A stretch of DNA of 64,000 bases from Phoronis australis (Eukaryota > Animalia > Phoronida), in contig NMRA01000150.1 of NCBI GenBank assembly GCA_002633005.1, positions 763,486 to 827,485 on the forward strand. The letters are read 5' to 3'. Positions 61,595 to 64,000 of the stretch are shown here, piece by piece. Position 1 is the first letter of the stretch; each line of letters starts with the position of its first letter. A program made the position numbers and the translations under genes. The notes beneath the pieces were generated by a model, which was not told the origin of the DNA, did not search any database, and was given only the letters and a program-made list of their open reading frames with translations.

Positions 61595-63710
61595 CTTTAT
61601 TTGTAGGCTAATATCCAGCATGGTCCTCTGCAGCAAAAGTTAAATTAAATAAATTAAGATAGATAAACAGATTAAATTAAGATACATTAAATTAAACAGT
61701 ACTTAACAGGATTTAATATGCTGTTAATCCCGACTCCACAGGAACTTAAAAAATCTTAGAGATGCTAGTTTGAAAACTTAAGGAGGGCTTCAGGTAATTT
61801 GTTGAATCGAAACTATATTTTTACTCAAGAATTCAAGTTGACCTATCGACTATCATGAGGCAGCGACGCATCAGTCAGTGAGTTTTCGCACTGGGATTTT
61901 CTGAAAAGTGCTCATAATTTAACAACAAAGTTTGATAGCAATGCACTGCAATTTTGTAGAAACTCTGTAATAGGTTACAGATGAGTCACAGAGCGTAACT
62001 TTGATGAATTCTAGCTCACGATTTCACCTGGTTCGGAGACCAGGTTTCAATCGCTTTGGGCTACAATAAGTGCCCCCCTCCTGAAGCGAATTTTTCTAAG
62101 CGCTGAGCGCTTATTAGGGCAAATACGATATCATACTAAAAGATTTATTGGATATATCATACTAAAAGATTTAAAACACATTGGACCATCTAGTATTTTA
62201 TTAATGCATTGGGTGTAAATAATTGTAAATTATTGTATTTTGCCTGAACACTGTATAATCCCAGTACTGTATATTACCTTATAATGGTACTAGTTCTACT
62301 TCATTATGGCATTTATAGTCTTTGCAATGTCCTGCACTTTAATTGCAACCAACTTTCTTTAGAAATTAATATTTTCAACTCGAATGGCTGTTTGGAAAAA
62401 TACCTGTCAAAGAAACTCAAGTTTTACTTAACCCAATTAATGGCAGATTGACAAAAAAGTGAAAAATAAAATTCTGAAAACTTTCTACATTCAGAATATG
62501 TGTTTGAGATATTTGGCTAAGTACACAGTGGTCACAAGTCTTTTGGGAATTGAATGTGTGACATGTTACACTTTATTTGGACTTAGCGCATCAAACATGC
62601 GATACTGCTGGTGAACTGTCACTCATCTGTGGCCATTTGTACTCCTCACACTGCAGAATGTGGCTTATTTACGTCTAAACATAACATCCACTTTCATGGA
62701 ATCACTTTTCAAATCCACGGATATAATTGTGTTTCCACAGACATGTGTACAATACTGGCCCACAAAGCAAGAAATAATTGGTGTCTTCAATGTAGAGGTT
62801 GTCTCTGAGGTGAAGCGTGACTGCTATATGAAACGAGAAATAAAAGTGGAACGTGTGAAGAAGGTAAATGACTGACTTGTAACTCTCCTTGCCCTTTTGA
62901 ACTGAAATGGCTTTAACTCGTGTTCATTAGACCAAACACACTCATCATACTTGTGGCTGATGCTGCGTAAACAGGAAGTTGTAAAGCGGTGTTGACTCAC
63001 ATTTATTTGGTCTAATACATCCTGATCACTACCAGTGAGCGGAGAACAGTTTTGTCCCTCAATGTTCATGACTTGTGAAAAAAACATGGTGGAAGATATT
63101 GGAGTCGTCAAAGGTAAAATCAGAAGTACTTCCACAGTTTGTGAGCAAATTATCATGAACATCATGCATAATTATTGATTAACAACGCTTAAGTGCGAGT
63201 GTATTCCATGACAATTTGAGACTGAAAGTGTGTCACAATGTCAGTGTGTATTATGACAACATATGCTCCATAGTTGTTTGCCTTCCGAGAAACTGGTGGG
63301 AAATGGTCACAAATGCAACATTTTGACCATTATTGACATTGTTGTCAGAAAATTTGAAAATGTTTATCATAATTATTTGTGGATTGAACTAAATAAGGTG
63401 TCTGCCATGAATCAGTTGAATTGTTAGATGTAGCAAGCAATGATCATGGAGAAAATAGATATTACATTCTCTAAAGATCTTGGTATTGATTTCAAGTTGA
63501 TGTGACCCTGTAAGGCACTTTGAGTTGCTGAATTTTTTAGTCCATCTTTCAGTCAGGTGGTGAGACTAAAACAGTGTGCCACATACAGCTGACAAGCTGG
63601 CCAAAAGGTGTCACTTTACCCAAGAACCCTCATGACCTTATTACGGTGATGGAGGAGGTCAATCAATGGATGAAGACGACCAATTCTAAACGATTTGCTG
63701 TCCACTGCCT
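3156..63710 (+). CDS. Partial spliced gene (31 exons traced): receptor-type protein tyrosine phosphatase with FTLD-kringle-FTLD-unknown-FN3 ectodomain, TM, PTP D1 and D2
   Basis: Chain of AG/GT-bounded open exons with matching intron phases (one exception at 36506-38908). PTP motifs [26 protein letters not shown] and MVQT are present. No start/signal peptide and no stop in the window. Confidence 0.93.
3660..4085. repeat. Unclassified ~430-bp dispersed repeat, copy 1 of 3 (also ~18790-19240 and ~28915-29365)
   Basis: Shared blocks gcaggccaattatct, agaatagattgtc and gcaattatcga-caaa...aatgccagaatg; boundaries approximate. Confidence 0.75.
4352..6651 (-). mobile_element. Probable Kolobok-like non-autonomous DNA transposon with a THAP remnant (6222-6362)
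   Basis: CMVCGCSN...LHNFP....W THAP start. Subterminal inverted repeat at 4541-4563 vs 6437-6460. Ends taaagg / ctttaa, only imperfectly complementary. Confidence 0.45.
7004..7231 (+). CDS. Exon: F-type lectin domain 1, C-half
   Basis: tag| ... g|gtgagt, phase 1-1; [11 protein letters not shown]...C...INC..GRYLYIQ...[10 protein letters not shown] (not in the ORF track). Confidence 0.9.
8430..9722. repeat. Dispersed repeat, copy 2 (of 782-1855), with an extra ~210-bp segment
   Basis: Direct sequence alignment by eye. Confidence 0.85.
9829..14043 (+). mobile_element. Degraded THAP-bearing DNA transposon, ISL2EU/Harbinger-like
   Basis: Inverted ends aatggggctatgcggagaat (9826-9845) and attttccgaatagccccatt (14027-14046), 18/20 match including AT flanks. 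Decayed THAP HKFPKD...W..AV.R...HDRVCS from 10007. Confidence 0.65.
11228..12179 (+). mobile_element. 5'-truncated non-LTR retrotransposon (I-group-like) fragment encoding RNase H, with 13-bp TSD
   Basis: ATCTAGTTTCAAT at 11215-11227 and 12180-12192. HPLH motif, then TDGS, MEFEA, TDS, VPGHAG and NERAD. Frameshift near 11970-11988. Confidence 0.88.
14542..14817 (+). CDS. Exon: kringle domain
   Basis: ttag| ... t|gtaagt, phase 1-1; six Cys with GQTYSG, CQRW, YCRNP, GPWCY, HCDV, RC. Confidence 0.92.
14841..15142 (+). repeat. 82-85-bp tandem repeat (4 copies) spanning the FTLD2 3' splice site
   Basis: tttcttacag|t.agt.caaacattgc.ttgggtaa.cctgctatacagt, with exon-like starts at 14853, 14935, 15020 and 15105. 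Confidence 0.92.
15105..15329 (+). CDS. Exon: F-type lectin domain 2, N-half
   Basis: acag| ... t|gtatgt, phase 1-1; [15 protein letters not shown]...AVDGN...C...WWRVDL...VTNR. Confidence 0.9.
15671..15889 (+). CDS. Exon: F-type lectin domain 2, C-half
   Basis: ttcag| ... a|gtaagt, phase 1-1; LTNFDIRV...C...INC..GRYLFIQ...[10 protein letters not shown]. Confidence 0.9.
17218..17436 (+). CDS. Exon: unassigned extracellular beta-rich domain, N-half
   Basis: ttcag| ... g|gtattt, phase 1-1, open frame NYFGGPTN...[15 protein letters not shown]...VWADIWR...FTLVHK. Confidence 0.8.
17440..18420 (+). mobile_element. Helentron/DINE-1-like non-autonomous element (HINE-like), truncated
   Basis: T-run, 5' hairpin, ccgtcc tract and internal ~150-bp subunits with cctagtggc; homologous to 20022-21727. 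Confidence 0.6.
19575..19832 (+). CDS. Exon: unassigned extracellular domain, C-half
   Basis: ttcag| ... a|gtaggt, phase 1-1; [19 protein letters not shown]...RVPAMQALV. Confidence 0.8.
20022..21727 (+). mobile_element. Helentron/DINE-1-like non-autonomous element with internal tandem subunits
   Basis: ttttt, hairpin tgcacccacatat-tt-atatgtggatgca, ccgtccgtcc microsatellite, ~10 subunits with ~452-bp higher-order period, short 3' hairpin and gctctt end. Confidence 0.7.
22516..22821 (+). CDS. Exon: divergent FN3/Ig-like beta-sandwich
   Basis: ttcag| ... a|gtaagt, phase 1-1; VTLTF..W...FVVLYK....SW...[10 protein letters not shown]...FCT. Confidence 0.8.
23924..24006 (+). CDS. Exon: FN3 repeat N-part
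   Basis: ttag| ... |gtaagt, phase 1-0; PSPVQNLT...LTLTWD. Confidence 0.85.
24195..24414 (+). CDS. Exon: FN3 repeat C-part
   Basis: ttcag| ... g|gtaaag, phase 0-1; DP..NC..ILEYRI...[18 protein letters not shown]...RTAET. Confidence 0.88.
25607..27838 (-). mobile_element. Internally deleted, degenerate Ty3/Gypsy LTR retrotransposon
   Basis: RNase H (26871-27446) precedes frameshifted integrase (25838-26846). LTR-like direct repeats at 25607-25758 and 27733-27838. PPT at 25759-25769 and PBS-like tgttgacagcggtaggatcga at 27712-27732. Confidence 0.88.
28594..28817 (+). CDS. Exon: FN3 repeat
   Basis: actaac branch-like site + tacag| ... |gtaaat, phase 1-0; VPSMP...[21 protein letters not shown]...HLEPFT. 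Confidence 0.9.
29799..29975. repeat. ~34-bp minisatellite, ~5 copies
   Basis: Unit gtgacacttagtgaatggccattgacatcatcca. Confidence 0.92.
30413..30589. repeat. 42-bp minisatellite, ~4 copies
   Basis: Unit gtgctaattattagatgcatacaactaccgtagtgcctcctg. Confidence 0.92.
30889..30958 (+). CDS. Exon: FN3 repeat C-terminal strands
   Basis: taag| ... a|gtaagt, phase 0-1; [13 protein letters not shown]....TAEG. Confidence 0.85.
31447..31553 (+). CDS. Exon: FN3 repeat N-part
   Basis: ttag| ... |gtatga, phase 1-0; PEKP...[22 protein letters not shown]. Confidence 0.87.
31923..32124 (+). CDS. Exon: FN3 repeat C-part
   Basis: ttag| ... g|gtaaac, phase 0-1; ISC...[27 protein letters not shown]. Confidence 0.87.
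32477..32573. repeat. 18-21-bp minisatellite, ~5 copies
   Basis: cagttggtgagctgt(g)tt... repeats. Confidence 0.85.
32706..32820 (+). CDS. Exon: membrane-proximal FN3-like domain N-part
   Basis: tgcag| ... ag|gtaaac, phase 1-2; ...[13 protein letters not shown]... Confidence 0.8.
33235..35577. mobile_element. Non-autonomous Tc1/mariner-pogo-like DNA transposon (2.3 kb)
   Basis: 23-bp perfect TIR core cgtaaacgttcgggttaacgccc, TA on both flanks, many subterminal ttaa(g/c)cgccc motifs; no transposase ORF seen. Confidence 0.85.
35594..36036. repeat. 30-bp minisatellite, ~14-15 copies
   Basis: Unit ggtctcagtgtggactggtacatgtacatt; accounts for six spurious ORFs. Confidence 0.95.
36226..36505 (+). 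CDS. Exon: membrane-proximal FN3-like domain with RRKR furin site
   Basis: ttcag|, phase 2; HYILVVE..RRKR...YVAA...[26 protein letters not shown], the typical RPTP membrane-proximal signature. The donor ggg|gtgtgt is less certain. Confidence 0.88.
37978..38700 (+). mobile_element. pogo-like MITE family fragment (related to 43613-~43870 and 60618-62128)
   Basis: TA + ctgtatt..ctaataaacgcc end and shared internal sequence (gcttattgtagcc, ttcatcaaa..tac.ctctgtgac); right boundary approximate. Confidence 0.6.
38909..38999 (+). CDS. Exon: transmembrane helix
   Basis: ttcag| ... at|gtaagt, phase 1-2; [26 protein letters not shown]. Confidence 0.88.
39302..39366 (+). CDS. Exon: basic stop-transfer/juxtamembrane
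   Basis: ttag| ... g|gtaaaa, phase 2-1; [14 protein letters not shown] follows the TM (positive-inside). Confidence 0.82.
39672..40817. mobile_element. PIF/Harbinger-like MITE
   Basis: 26-bp TIR cag(t/c)cgatttcataaaggtggtttaa (25/26 match), 3-bp aag/tag flanks, internal aaaccaggttt palindromes. Confidence 0.8.
40276..40433. mobile_element. Small MITE nested in the Harbinger-like element
   Basis: Inverted ends cataggcggatccagg and cctggatccgcccctg; ctacg/ttacg flanks. Confidence 0.65.
41184..42015 (+). mobile_element. HINE-like element copy (diverged)
   Basis: Same 5' hairpin (atgcatccacatatttatatgtgggcgcat) and ctagtggc subunits. Confidence 0.6.
42505..45021 (+). mobile_element. P-superfamily-like non-autonomous DNA transposon with a decayed THAP domain
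   Basis: TIR catagactatag vs ctataatctatg (11/12 match), 7-bp flanks atatcat/ctatcat, THAP CVAGC...ISFH...W and frameshifted [11 protein letters not shown] at 42649-42842. Confidence 0.7.
45419..45633 (+). CDS. Exon: juxtamembrane region to the start of the PTP D1 wedge
   Basis: acag| ... |gtatgt, phase 1-0; ...DGIYGNV...EFLDYV...YGKEY. Confidence 0.85.
45873..46037 (+). CDS. Exon: PTP D1 (KNRY, DYINA)
   Basis: ttcag| ... |gtgagt; [20 protein letters not shown]...SDYINA. Confidence 0.95.
48820..48958. mobile_element. Small MITE-like inverted-repeat element
   Basis: ccctttaa..tgggcggcgca and tgcgccgccca..ttaaaaggg. Confidence 0.5.
49060..49890. repeat. 105-bp tandem repeat, ~8 copies
   Basis: Unit starts at 49061, 49166, 49271, 49376, 49478, 49583, 49688 and 49793. 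Confidence 0.95.
49968..50004 (+). CDS. Exon (37 nt): PTP D1 YIASQG
   Basis: tgcag| ... g|gtattt; 37 nt is a size characteristic of RPTP D1 gene structure. Confidence 0.9.
50388..50485 (+). CDS. Exon (98 nt): PTP D1 DFxRMVWE / IVMLT
   Basis: ctag| ... |gtttgt; [16 protein letters not shown]...[12 protein letters not shown]. Confidence 0.93.
51227..51346 (+). CDS. Exon: PTP D1 KCxxYWP
   Basis: acag| ... |gtaagt; RKCEKYWP...HGDISV...DYTIRTL. Confidence 0.93.
51899..52050. repeat. Degenerate ~40-bp tandem repeat, ~4 copies
   Basis: agtt.cccctatg.taggtgtgggagggg.t.ctctatgttt-like units. Confidence 0.7.
52340..52491 (+). CDS. Exon: PTP D1 WPD loop to the catalytic Cys
   Basis: tgcag| ... ag|gtaagt; [17 protein letters not shown]...GPVVVHCS (not in the ORF track). 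Confidence 0.96.
53769..53904 (+). CDS. Exon (136 nt): PTP D1 P-loop and Q-loop
   Basis: tgcag| ... |gtaaca; [14 protein letters not shown]...[11 protein letters not shown]. Confidence 0.96.
54525..54674 (+). CDS. Exon (150 nt): end of D1 and D1-D2 linker
   Basis: tgcag| ... |gtgaga; [19 protein letters not shown]...LDLQFE. Confidence 0.92.
54734..56457 (+). mobile_element. HINE-like element(s) with a duplicated 5' part, interrupted at ~55110-55290
   Basis: Two copies of the ccgtccggcatccagcatcc 5' block; same subunits and gctcttg end as 20022-21727. Confidence 0.65.
56468..56672. repeat. 37-bp minisatellite, ~5.5 copies
   Basis: Unit agttgcctagttatactgtgcagccaactccagtatg. Confidence 0.93.
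57147..57273 (+). CDS. Exon: PTP D2 start (KNRD)
   Basis: tgcag| ... a|gtaagt; ...[17 protein letters not shown]. Confidence 0.88.
57446..57612. repeat. 33-bp minisatellite, ~5 copies
   Basis: Unit gctacaaataaggatggccacaatgcttagagt. Confidence 0.93.
58219..58292 (+). CDS. Exon: PTP D2 DYINA
   Basis: ttcag| ... |gtaagt; NRPILM...GDYINATFV. Confidence 0.9.
59450..59569 (+). CDS. Exon: PTP D2 TQxP / DFWRMV / IVML
   Basis: tccag| ... |gtaaga; DNVIMTQMP...[10 protein letters not shown]...IVMLN. Confidence 0.9.
60780..61000 (+). mobile_element. tRNA-derived SINE
   Basis: A-box-like tggcctggttg, B-box ggttcaagtcc, then cccttgagc and a body shared with the 39460-40927 and ~43875-43990 copies. Confidence 0.7.
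61552..61593. repeat. (TAA)n microsatellite
   Basis: About 14 TAA units. Confidence 0.95.
62741..62863 (+). CDS. Exon: PTP D2 CxQYWP
   Basis: cacag| ... |gtaaat; TCVQYWP...GVFNVEVV...YMKREIKV. Confidence 0.9.
63553..63710 (+). CDS. Exon: PTP D2 degenerate WPD loop (WPK) to HC
   Basis: ttcag| ... ct|gtaagt; [12 protein letters not shown]...P...RFAVHCL; the gene continues past the window. Confidence 0.92.
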
Positions 63711-63837
63711 GTAAGTCTACTTGCTGTTTCTTAGTCAGTAATTTGCTTTTGATAATCCTGCTGCAGTATTTGCTTCAAATTGTCATGATGATTTTGAGCA
63801 AGTCATGAGGTTCGACACTCATTTATTCTCTCCTTAA

Positions 63838-64000
63838 GCAAGTGTTGGGGGTAGGCACTTATTTACCCTCCCCCCTTTGAGTAAGTGTTGCTGGTAGGCA
63901 CTTATTTACCCTCCCCCTATGAGTAAGTGTTGCTGGTAGGCACTTATTTACCCTCCCCCTTTGAGTAAGTGTTGCTGGTAAGCACTTATTTATTAACCCC
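63838..64000. repeat. ~41-bp minisatellite, ~4 copies, reaching the window end
   Basis: gagtaagtgttgctggtaggcacttatttaccctccccc units. Confidence 0.9.

Larger units (their letters stand above)
60618..62128 (-). mobile_element. pogo-like MITE containing a SINE and a (TAA)n tract
   Basis: TA-ccatattcaccct ... agggcaaatacga-TA; the right part is the reverse complement of 43613-43850. Confidence 0.65.

Overview
This is AT-rich animal genomic DNA, probably from a marine invertebrate (inference from domain and repeat content). Almost the whole window is one long + strand intron-rich gene, open at both window ends, encoding a receptor-type protein tyrosine phosphatase (RPTP). I traced 31 GT-AG exons (about 5.07 kb coding, about 1,690 aa). 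The domain order is F-type lectin (FTLD1), kringle, FTLD2, an unassigned ~160-aa beta domain, about five FN3/FN3-like modules with an RRKR furin site, a transmembrane helix, a juxtamembrane region, an intact PTP D1 and a degenerate PTP D2 (incomplete). Intron phases agree at every junction except one just before the TM exon, where a small exon is probably missing near an N. The introns are full of mobile DNA: THAP-bearing ISL2EU-, P- and Kolobok-like relics, a TSD-flanked LINE RNase H fragment, a deleted Gypsy element, pogo- and Harbinger-like MITEs, tRNA-derived SINEs, Helentron/DINE-like elements carrying arrays of CTCF-like motifs, a Penelope-like inverted repeat with a hammerhead core, and many minisatellites. 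Several short tandem duplications copy the gene's own splice sites. All coordinates were read by eye and no database searches were run.
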